64,000 nt of DNA from Candidatus Aphodoplasma sp. (GTDB taxonomy: Bacteria; Bacillota; Clostridia; UBA1381; UMGS1253), in contig JAZQIM010000011.1 in assembly GCA_045541115.1 (NCBI GenBank), forward strand, positions 83,310 to 147,309, given 5' to 3'. The notes under the pieces are model-generated. The model ran no database searches, had not been told where the DNA came from, and saw only the letters and a program-made list of their open reading frames with translations. This document shows positions 19,013 to 26,799 of this stretch, piece by piece (position 1 is the stretch's first letter; each line of letters starts with the position of its first letter). The translations under genes and the position numbers were made by a program.

Positions 19013-19216
19013 ATGGCAAATAACACTTTTCTTAAAGTAGAAGATGTTGCCGAAATTCTCGGCGTATCAAAATCATACGCATATAAAATTGTCAGAAGCC
19101 TTAACGCAGAGTTAAAGGAAAAAGGCTTTTTGGTGGTTTCAGGGCGTATCAACAGAAGATATTTTTTAGAAAAAGCGTGCTATGGCACAGATAAATATGA
19201 TGAAAGGAATGAGTAA
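19013..19216 (+). CDS. Excisionase-like HTH DNA-binding protein (HTH_17/MerR-like)
   Basis: MANNTFLKVEDVAEILGVSKSYAYKIVRSLN...: RBS GGAGGTGA 7 nt upstream of the ATG at 19013, immediately upstream of the integrase. Confidence 0.7.
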   Translation: MANNTFLKVEDVAEILGVSKSYAYKIVRSLNAELKEKGFLVVSGRINRRYFLEKACYGTDKYDERNE

Positions 19217-19219
19217 AAT

Positions 19220-20311
19220 ATGGCAGTTTACAAGGAAGAAAAAACAAATACTTGGCGAGTTATATATCGCTACACTGATTGGAAGGGTGAACGCAGACAA
19301 TCACAAAAGCGTGGCTTTGCTACCAAAAGAGAAGCACAGGCTTGGGAACGGGAGCAGCTTAATAAAACAAAGGCTGATTTGGATATGACCTTTGCGAGCT
19401 TCGTTGATACATATACGGAAGATATGAAAAGTCGTATTAAAGAAAACACTTGGCACACAAAGGAGCATATAATGCGAACAAAGATTTTACCATATTTCAA
19501 GAACAGAAAGATGTGTGAAATTGAGCCAAAGGATATTATTGCTTGGCAAAATGAAATGATAAATTCCGTTAAGAGTGATAACAAAAAATATTCCCCTGTA
19601 TATCTTAAAACGCTTCACAATCAATTAAGTGCAATTTTCAATCACGCAGTAAGGTTTTACGGATTATCTTCAAATCCGGCAGCAAAAGTCGGTAATATGG
19701 GTAAGGAAAAGAACAAAGAAATGCAGTTTTGGACACAAGAGGAATATAAAAAGTTTGCAGAGGCGGTTATGGATAAGCCTGTTTCATATTATGCCTTTGA
19801 AATATTATATTGGTGCGGTATTCGTGAGGGCGAGTTATTAGCATTAACACCGTCAGATTTCGATTTTGAAAAATGTACGGTTGCAATTACAAAATCATAT
19901 CAGCGTTTTGACAGACGAGATGTGATAACAGATCCGAAAACACCAAAGAGCAATCGAGTTGTCAAAATGCCCGATTTTCTCGGTGAAGAAATACAAGATT
20001 ATATCAAACAGCTTTACCACATCAAGCCTAATGAAAGAATGTTTGAAATAACAAAAAGCTATCTTCATCACGAAATGACAAGGGGAGCAAAGGCAGCAGG
20101 GGTTAAACGCATAAGGATACACGATATTCGTCATTCGCATATTTCCCTTTTAATAGAAATGGGATTTTCAGCGGTTGCCATTGCTGACCGAGTAGGACAC
20201 GAAAGCATTGATATAACATACCGATATGCACATCTGTTTCCGACAACACAAACGGAAATGGCAGATAAATTAAGCACAATCAGAAAAGGAGATGAAGAAA
20301 ATGTCAGCTAA
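19220..20311 (+). CDS. int: Tyrosine site-specific recombinase (phage-integrase family)
   Basis: 363 aa with an N-terminal SAM-like/AP2-like domain. Catalytic residues are visible (R in GIREGELLAL, HDIRHSH, GH...YAHLF tyrosine). Confidence 0.9.
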   Translation: MAVYKEEKTNTWRVIYRYTDWKGERRQSQKRGFATKREAQAWEREQLNKTKADLDMTFASFVDTYTEDMKSRIKENTWHTKEHIMRTKILPYFKNRKMCEIEPKDIIAWQNEMINSVKSDNKKYSPVYLKTLHNQLSAIFNHAVRFYGLSSNPAAKVGNMGKEKNKEMQFWTQEEYKKFAEAVMDKPVSYYAFEILYWCGIREGELLALTPSDFDFEKCTVAITKSYQRFDRRDVITDPKTPKSNRVVKMPDFLGEEIQDYIKQLYHIKPNERMFEITKSYLHHEMTRGAKAAGVKRIRIHDIRHSHISLLIEMGFSAVAIADRVGHESIDITYRYAHLFPTTQTEMADKLSTIRKGDEENVS

Positions 20312-20621
20312 AAATTTAGATAGCCAAAAAAGATGGAGAAATATCACAGTAGGGTTTCGGGTATCAGCCGAAGAAAACGAACTAATAAACAAGGCAGTAA
20401 AGTTATCGGGACTACCGAAACAAGAATATTGCTATCGCAGATGTTTATGTCAAGACATTGTTGTGGTGGGAAATCCGAGAGTATATAAGGCACTCAAAGA
20501 TGAATTGCAGAATGTATTAACCGAGTTGAAGCGTATCGAAAACGATAATGTGACAGAGGAATTACTGCAAACAATTCAGTTGATTACCTTAACTCTGCAA
20601 GGCTTAAAGGAGGGCGAGTAA
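20292..20621 (+). CDS. MobC-like ribbon-helix-helix relaxosome accessory protein
   Basis: 109 aa: RWRNITVGFRVSAEENELINKAVKLSGLPKQEY resembles the MobC/RHH motif. The true start may be the ATG at 20301. Confidence 0.55.
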   Translation: MKKMSAKNLDSQKRWRNITVGFRVSAEENELINKAVKLSGLPKQEYCYRRCLCQDIVVVGNPRVYKALKDELQNVLTELKRIENDNVTEELLQTIQLITLTLQGLKEGE

Positions 20622-21766
20622 TGAACACCAAAAAAGAAATGACTGCTCCGATTACATCTGTTGGCGCAGATGAAGAACAGTCAAATAGTATTAAAACCAA
20701 CACTATTATAACCGATTATGACGAAAATTGCAATGCTTCTGATGATATTTTTCAAGAAATGCAAGAAGAATTTCAAAGAAGTTTGGAGCCGTCATATTTG
20801 AAAACAGTTTCTATGGATAAACTTTATGACACAGTTTACAGGAACAGGCCGCCGATTATTGACGGCTTGCTCTATCCGGGAACATATCTTTTTGTGGGAG
20901 CACCTAAACTTGGAAAGAGCTTTTTAATGGCACAGCTTGCATACCACATAAGCAAGGGTAAAAGCCTATGGGGATTTGATGTCAAACAAGGTACAGTTTT
21001 ATATCTTGCTCTTGAAGATGATTACCGAAGATTGCAGGAGCGTTTTTATCGAATGTTCGGTGAAGAAAGCACAGACGATTTGTTTATAGCCGTAAATGCA
21101 GGTCAGCTTGGAAACGGACTTGACGAACAGCTTAACAGATTTGTAAATGAGCATACTAACACAAAGCTGATTATTATTGACACCTTGCAAAAGGTCAGAG
21201 AGTTCGGCGGTGATAAGTATAGCTATTCTAATGATTACGAAGTCATAACAAGGCTAAAAAAATTTGCTGATAATTTCGGCGTATGTCTGCTCCTTGTTCA
21301 TCACACAAGAAAGCAACAGGCAGACGATAAATTTGATATGATTTCGGGTACAAACGGATTGCTCGGAGCAGCAGACGGAGCGTTTATGCTACAAAAGGAA
21401 AAACGCACTTCAAACAATGCAGTTCTTGAAATATCCGGCAGGGATCAGCAAGACCAAAAGTTGTATCTTGAGAGAGATACGGAAAAACTGTTGTGGAATT
21501 TGGAAAGGTTGGAAACGGAGTTATGGAAAGAACCACCGGAACCGGTATTGGAAGCGGTTGCAAAGTTTATAACTTCAAACAATCCACAATGGTCGGGAAG
21601 TCCTACCGAGCTTGTTGAGAAATTACAGGTTGATATGGCTGCAAATGTTTTGACATTAAAGCTCAATGTAAACGCAGGGCGGTTACTCAATGAGTACGGC
21701 ATACGATATGAGTATGGCAGGTATCACGCAGGTCGCAGAGTGAAATTTTCACTTATAGAAAATTGA
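20621..21766 (+). CDS. RecA-fold AAA_25/RepA-like ATPase (replication or DNA-processing helicase-like)
   Basis: 381 aa: Walker A GAPKLGKS, Walker B LIIIDTLQ, LLLVHHTRK typical of the AAA_25 family. Confidence 0.7.
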   Translation: MNTKKEMTAPITSVGADEEQSNSIKTNTIITDYDENCNASDDIFQEMQEEFQRSLEPSYLKTVSMDKLYDTVYRNRPPIIDGLLYPGTYLFVGAPKLGKSFLMAQLAYHISKGKSLWGFDVKQGTVLYLALEDDYRRLQERFYRMFGEESTDDLFIAVNAGQLGNGLDEQLNRFVNEHTNTKLIIIDTLQKVREFGGDKYSYSNDYEVITRLKKFADNFGVCLLLVHHTRKQQADDKFDMISGTNGLLGAADGAFMLQKEKRTSNNAVLEISGRDQQDQKLYLERDTEKLLWNLERLETELWKEPPEPVLEAVAKFITSNNPQWSGSPTELVEKLQVDMAANVLTLKLNVNAGRLLNEYGIRYEYGRYHAGRRVKFSLIEN

Positions 21767-21889
21767 ATTTTGCGTGACGGTGTGCGTCGGTCGTGTCGAT
21801 GATTTTGATAGTGGTGGCGGTACTAAAAACACCGTCACCACCGTCACAGACCGACACGGATTTTTGGATAGGAAAGGATTGGATAGGAT

Positions 21890-22123
21890 ATGAAGAAAGT
21901 ACAAATTTCAAGAGAGCTTTTTCTAAATCTGATTCGCTATCATTTTGCAGAAATGTATGAGCTTGAGGAAGATATAAAAAATGAGCTTGAAAACAAATTA
22001 AATTTAATGGTAATGCGTGAGTATTACACCACATATAAAACTGCTCCCACAGAGCAGGAGCGTGAGGAAGCACGCAAAAAATATCTCGATGAAAGAGGTG
22101 TACCTGAGAGCTTCAGGTGGTGA
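21890..22123 (+). CDS. Small conserved-looking hypothetical protein (77 aa) of the element
   Basis: The ATG is preceded by GGATAGGATATG (weak RBS). Helical, charged protein; no family recognised. Confidence 0.4.
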   Translation: MKKVQISRELFLNLIRYHFAEMYELEEDIKNELENKLNLMVMREYYTTYKTAPTEQEREEARKKYLDERGVPESFRW

Positions 22124-22480
22124 TTCCTCTTTAAGAGATATTTACGGGAATGTGCCACATTCCCGTGTAGGCAATTAAGGAACGAAAGTGACGGATTGCA
22201 GATAGGTGAGAACGAGAAAATTTTGAGCGTTCTCCACCATTGCAGACGGCGGAATTTTTGTTGAAAAATATCTGCCGTTTGCGGTGTGTGTAGCCACAAG
22301 CAGCACACACTTCGGCGGTAGCCGAACAAGCCCTCTGCAAGAGCGCAAACAATCGTAGATTGCCGCATTTTTGTTGGCTCTGCTGACAAAAGTGCATTTG
22401 CGTTACTTTTGACAAAAGTAACGCAAGAAAAATTACTATAAAAGAGTACCCACTCTAACAGAATTGAGGTGAAAATGAAT

Positions 22481-23629
22481 ATGCAAAGAACAATATCCAT
22501 AATGACAGGTAAAGGCTCGGTTAATCATAATGACCGAAAATTTACGGCACAAAATGTTGACAAGGAACGGACAAAAAATAATGTTGTGTACTGCAATGAA
22601 AACATCAGAACAGTATATCATAAATTATTTGATGATGCCGTAAAAAGATACAATGCAAAACAAACTCGCTCGGATAGAATTATCAAAAATTATTATAAAA
22701 AGATAAGTCAAGAGAGCAAACAGGAAAAACCTTTTACGGAGATAATAATTCAAATCGGCGATAAGGATAATATGGGTGCTGAAACGGAAAACGGACAACT
22801 TGCAAAGAAAATCCTTGACGACTATATGAAAGGCTTTCAAGAAAGAAATCCAAACCTATATGTATTCTCTGCTCACTTACATATGGATGAAGCAACACCG
22901 CATTTACATATTGATTTTGTTCCGTTCACTACGGACAGCAAACGAGGACTTGACACAAGGGTATCAATGAAAGGTGCATTAAAGCAGCAAGGGTTTAGCG
23001 GAACAGGTCGGAGTGATACGGAGCTTAATCAATGGCGTGATTCCGAAAAGGAAGTTTTATCAAAAATAATGCTTACACACGGCATTGAATGGGAGCAGAA
23101 AGGAACTCACGAAAAGCATAAATCCGTTAGCGAATTTAAGAGAGATAAGCTCATAGAGGAAGTCGAAAATCTGCAAGAACAAAAGAAAGACTTGTTGCAA
23201 ACAATGTCAGCATATAAGCAGGCAGAAGAATATGCACATCTTACAGTACAAAAAATCAAAAACAATGACGATTTTGATATACCGGAGCCTCCGTCATTGA
23301 TGACGGCAAAGACATATAAAACAAAATTTATAGAGCCGTTCATAAAGCGTATTATGAAAATAATTGAAAACCTTGCAAGGCGGTGTTATAGGGCGGAAAA
23401 ACTTGCTGAACAGGCAGAAGCAAAAATCAGACCGTTAGAACAGAAAAATAAAGAGCTTGAAAATCGGCTGTGGTATAAAAATATGGCACTATCAAAAGCA
23501 GAGGTTAAGGTCAGAGATTTTGACAGAATACGAAATCATTTCGGCAAAGAAACAATAAACCAATGGCTGAAAGAAATAACAAGGCTTGGCAAAAACAGAA
23601 GTAAAAGCAGCAAGGAAATTGAAAGATAA
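22481..23629 (+). CDS. mob: MobV-family relaxase (Mob/Pre plasmid recombination enzyme)
   Basis: HLHMDEATPHLHIDFVPF matches the MobV HxDE...PHxH signature; the C-terminus is coiled-coil-like. The start was chosen at the ATG at 22481 (8 nt after GAGGTGA); the track starts at GTG 22469. Confidence 0.85.
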   Translation: MQRTISIMTGKGSVNHNDRKFTAQNVDKERTKNNVVYCNENIRTVYHKLFDDAVKRYNAKQTRSDRIIKNYYKKISQESKQEKPFTEIIIQIGDKDNMGAETENGQLAKKILDDYMKGFQERNPNLYVFSAHLHMDEATPHLHIDFVPFTTDSKRGLDTRVSMKGALKQQGFSGTGRSDTELNQWRDSEKEVLSKIMLTHGIEWEQKGTHEKHKSVSEFKRDKLIEEVENLQEQKKDLLQTMSAYKQAEEYAHLTVQKIKNNDDFDIPEPPSLMTAKTYKTKFIEPFIKRIMKIIENLARRCYRAEKLAEQAEAKIRPLEQKNKELENRLWYKNMALSKAEVKVRDFDRIRNHFGKETINQWLKEITRLGKNRSKSSKEIER

Positions 23630-23731
23630 AATATCCCTTTAATCACTGGTACAGGAATGTGCCACATTCCTGTGTGGGTGGTTAGCATAATAAAAATGAC
23701 AAAACATTATAAAATTTATATATTCTAACTA

Positions 23732-23760
23732 TTGATTTTTGGAGTAATATGTAGTATAAT
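23732..23760 (+). promoter_or_regulatory. Promoter of the ABC-F resistance gene leader
   Basis: TTGATT-17-TATAAT, approx. 25 nt upstream of the leader-peptide RBS. Confidence 0.6.
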
Positions 23761-23786
23761 TTAAGAAAAGATTTGGAGGCGGACAA

Positions 23787-23807
23787 ATGATTAACTTTTC
23801 TTGCTAA
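23787..23807 (+). CDS. Putative 6-codon leader peptide MINFSC
   Basis: GGAGG lies 7 nt upstream of ATG 23787: atg att aac ttt tct tgc taa. It is upstream of an intrinsic terminator, the usual layout for ARE ABC-F attenuators. Confidence 0.5.
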   Translation: MINFSC

Positions 23808-23913
23808 TTTATGTTTAACATTATAGGGCTAAAGAGCCGTTATTTTGTTTTCGTGAAAGCAGGAAAGCTATATCTATAACTCCGCTGTATAAATAATATT
23901 ATACTGTTTATTT

Positions 23914-23952
23914 GAGTCATAGGAAAATGCTTTCTTATGGCTCTTTTCTTTT
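23914..23952 (+). terminator. Attenuator terminator in the ABC-F leader
   Basis: GAGTCATAGGAAA-atgc-TTTCTTATGGCTC 13-bp stem (two G-U pairs) followed by TTTTCTTTT. Confidence 0.65.
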
Positions 23953-24110
23953 GCATTGGGAGGTGTTTTAATGAACGATAAAATATCTATTACACATATT
24001 TATCTTCAAGCAAGGTTGATTTGTTTTGGCAGTGGTTGCTTGAAGTATCATTACTGCCGGTAATATCAACTCAAAACATTTGGAAATACAGTTTTAGAGG
24101 AGTGATAATA

Positions 24111-25589
24111 ATGTCTTTAATAAATGTAAAAGATTTAACTTTTGCTTATGACGGAAGTTATGAGAATGTATTTGAAAACACAAGTTTTCAGATTGATACA
24201 GATTGGAAATTAGGTTTTGTTGGCAGAAACGGCAGAGGTAAAACCACATTTCTGAATATTCTGTTGGGTAAATACAAATATAGCGGAAATATAACTGCAT
24301 CTGTTAGCTTTGAATATTTCCCGTATGAAGTTGAGGATAAAACCAAAAACACAATAGAAATTTTCTATGATATTTGCCCTAATTGCGAGGATTGGGAATT
24401 TATGCGTGAAATATCTTTGCTCGAAGTTGATTTTGATGTTTTATACAGACCTTTTTTCACACTATCAAACGGAGAGCAGACGAAGGTTTTACTTGCAGCA
24501 CTATTTCTTGTTTCAAACAGCTTCTTGCTTATAGATGAGCCTACAAATCATTTAGACGAAAATGCGAGAAAAATTGTAGGCGATTATCTATGCAGAAAAA
24601 AGGGGTTTATATTAGTTTCGCATGACAGAAAATTGCTCGATACTTGCACAGACCATATTTTATCTGTAAATAAAACAAATATAGAAGTACGAAAAGGCAA
24701 TTTTTCTACTTGGTTTGAAAACAAAACCCTGCAAGATAATTTTGAAATGAATGAAAACAAAAAATTACAAAAAGAAATTTCAAAACTATCACAGGCGGCA
24801 AAGCGTAGTGCATCGTGGTCTGATATGGCAGAAATGAGCAAATACAATACTAACAATTCCGGCTTAAAATTAGATAAGGGTTATGTAGGTCATAAGGCTG
24901 CTAAAGCAATGAAACGCTCAAAAAGCATTGAAGCAAGACAAGAAAAAGCTATTTCGGAAAAGTCAAAATTGTTACACAACATAGAGGAATACGAAGCACT
25001 TGCGTTAGCTCCTGCAATCTATACAAAAGATAGGCTGGCAGATGTAAGCAATCTTTCTTTATACTATGATAATAATAAAATTTGTGAAAATATCAGTTTT
25101 GAAATTAAAAATGGTGATAGGATTGCTTTATGCGGAAAAAACGGTTGCGGAAAATCAAGTGTTTTGAAACTGCTATGTGGTGAAAAAATCAAATACACAG
25201 GTGATGTGTGTATAGGCAATGGGCTTAAATTTTCCTATGTTTCGCAAAACACCGATACATTACAGGGCAACCTTTCAGTGTTTGCAAAAAACAACGGAAT
25301 TGATGAAAGCTTACTCAAAGCAATTTTGAGGAAACTCGACTTTTCAAGGGAACAGTTTGACAAGGATATATCCGATTTCAGCAGCGGACAGAAAAAGAAA
25401 GTCTTGATTGCAAAAAGTTTATGTGAAAAGGCACATTTGTATATATGGGACGAACCGTTAAACTTTATTGATATTTTTTCGAGAATACAAATCGAAAATG
25501 TGATTTTGGAGTATAAGCCAACGCTGATATTTGTCGAACACGATATTTCATTCAGAGAAAAAATCGCAACCAAAGTTGTAAATATGTAA
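24111..25589 (+). CDS. ABC-F type ribosomal protection protein, Lsa-like (lincosamide/streptogramin A/pleuromutilin resistance type)
   Basis: 492 aa from ATG 24111 (RBS GAGGAG). Two ABC cassettes without TM domains (GRNGRGKTT / LSNGEQ / LLIDEPTNHLD; GKNGCGKSS / FSSGQKKK / YIWDEPLNFID). The N-terminus MSLINVKDLTFAYDGS...DTDWKLGFVGRNGRGKTT resembles Lsa(A) as I recall it. Confidence 0.8.
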   Translation: MSLINVKDLTFAYDGSYENVFENTSFQIDTDWKLGFVGRNGRGKTTFLNILLGKYKYSGNITASVSFEYFPYEVEDKTKNTIEIFYDICPNCEDWEFMREISLLEVDFDVLYRPFFTLSNGEQTKVLLAALFLVSNSFLLIDEPTNHLDENARKIVGDYLCRKKGFILVSHDRKLLDTCTDHILSVNKTNIEVRKGNFSTWFENKTLQDNFEMNENKKLQKEISKLSQAAKRSASWSDMAEMSKYNTNNSGLKLDKGYVGHKAAKAMKRSKSIEARQEKAISEKSKLLHNIEEYEALALAPAIYTKDRLADVSNLSLYYDNNKICENISFEIKNGDRIALCGKNGCGKSSVLKLLCGEKIKYTGDVCIGNGLKFSYVSQNTDTLQGNLSVFAKNNGIDESLLKAILRKLDFSREQFDKDISDFSSGQKKKVLIAKSLCEKAHLYIWDEPLNFIDIFSRIQIENVILEYKPTLIFVEHDISFREKIATKVVNM

Positions 25590-25596
25590 CCGAAAA

Positions 25597-25652
25597 AATC
25601 GTGGTACAATTTGCTTAATGAGTAAAAGGTATCACGATTTTATTTGCATACT
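25597..25652 (+). terminator. Terminator after the ABC-F gene
   Basis: AATCGTGGTAC...GTATCACGATT stem followed by TTTATTT. Confidence 0.5.
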
Positions 25653-26098
25653 GTGTAACGCAATAGAAGCTCATTTTTGAGGCTTTGAATATAAAACCAT
25701 TACCTTTATGTTTTTTGCATATTTTAACCGCATAAAATGAGCGTTTTTAACCTCTATTGCGTGACAAAAGTAGAACGATAGAAACCTATTTTTGAGGGTG
25801 GAAATATAAAATCCTTACCTTGTAAATTTTGGTTTTTGAAAACCGTATATAAAGGGCGATTTCGCACAGCTATTGTTCCACATACTAAGTTAAAAATTAT
25901 GTAGGCAAAATTTATATAACTAATTTTTGCAAAAGCATTGATTTTATTGTGGCTTTGATGTATAATATGAACTGTCCAATGGCAACAATATGGCAACAAA
26001 AAATCGGATAGTCCATAGGTTGTGGATAATACAGATAACTACAATACCTCGTGATAAAATCTCTAAACAGAATTGTTTAAGATTTCTTTATCAGGAGC

Positions 26099-26111
26099 GA
26101 GTGGGAATAAT
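26099..26111 (+). repeat. attR core (direct repeat; displaced original guaA end)
   Basis: gagtgggaaTAAt reads E-W-E-stop and is followed by a strong terminator at 26122-26148. Confidence 0.7.
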
Positions 26112-26121
26112 CACGCAATCC

Positions 26122-26148
26122 AAAAGCCCTTATTTTAAGGGCTTTTTT
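26122..26148 (+). terminator. Intrinsic terminator, probably the original guaA terminator
   Basis: AAAAGCCCTTA-ttt-TAAGGGCTTTT 11-bp stem plus T-run. Confidence 0.85.
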
Positions 26149-26232
26149 GATTGTCAAAATTTTTATTTGATTTCTTGTAATCATATTGCTATAATTTAAG
26201 TGTATAGTTCAATTATAGAAGGAGGCAAATAA

Positions 26233-26664
26233 ATGCAAGAAAAAAAGCGAGATATAGTTGTCTTTATTTCATACTGCATTTTTCTAATATGGCTTATAAT
26301 TTTTAAGCTTAATTTTTCTTTATCGGAAATTCAAAAAGTCAGAGATATTTACATAATTCCCTTTTATTTTAAAAATTTTAAGCTGCTTTTTATACCATTA
26401 TTTGATGCAATTTTAAACTTCCTGGTTTTTGTTCCTTTTGGTGTACTTATTCAGAAAATTTTGAAAACAAAACTGTATCTAAAGATAATAATCACTTTTT
26501 TAGTAAGCTTATTTTTCGAAACTTTTCAATACGCACTTGCTATTGGAATATCTGATATTACCGACTTAATTACTAACACATTGGGCGGTGTTGTCGGAAT
26601 ATTGATTGAAAGTAAATATTCACTTACATACAAAGACATAATTCGATTTTTAAAATTAAAATAA
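26233..26664 (+). CDS. VanZ-family membrane protein
   Basis: 143 aa, 4 TM, with NFLVFVPFGVL and DITDLITNTLGG motifs typical of VanZ-like proteins. RBS AGGAGG. Confidence 0.75.
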   Translation: MQEKKRDIVVFISYCIFLIWLIIFKLNFSLSEIQKVRDIYIIPFYFKNFKLLFIPLFDAILNFLVFVPFGVLIQKILKTKLYLKIIITFLVSLFFETFQYALAIGISDITDLITNTLGGVVGILIESKYSLTYKDIIRFLKLK

Positions 26665-26799
26665 ACATTTTTTGCCAAATATTTGCATTATTTTCCAAAA
26701 ATTGTTGACTAACCTTTATAATCATGTTAAAATATACTTGTAGATATCGCTTGATACAAAGCGATGAAATCTTTTTTAGTATGAAGGGAGTTTTTTTCT

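Larger units (their letters stand above)
18111..26111. mobile_element. Integrative mobilizable element (approx. 8.0 kb) inserted in the 3' end of guaA
   Basis: Bounded by imperfect 13-bp direct repeats (GAGTGGGAATGAT / GAGTGGGAATAAT). Contains a tyrosine integrase, Xis-like HTH protein, XRE repressor, MobC-like protein, MobV relaxase, RecA-fold ATPase and an ABC-F resistance gene. No T4SS or coupling-protein genes are present. Confidence 0.8.

Noticed and set aside
24021-24110. 30-codon N-terminal extension of the ABC-F ORF (MFWQWLLEVS...)
   Set aside because: It begins at a non-ATG codon without an RBS. The ATG at 24111 has GAGGAG upstream and yields the N-terminus MSLINVKDLTF typical of ABC-F proteins.
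25990-26199. 69-aa ORF spanning the right end of the element
   Set aside because: It crosses the att repeat and the guaA terminator, has no RBS, and starts within the TGGCAAC repeats, so it is most likely non-coding.
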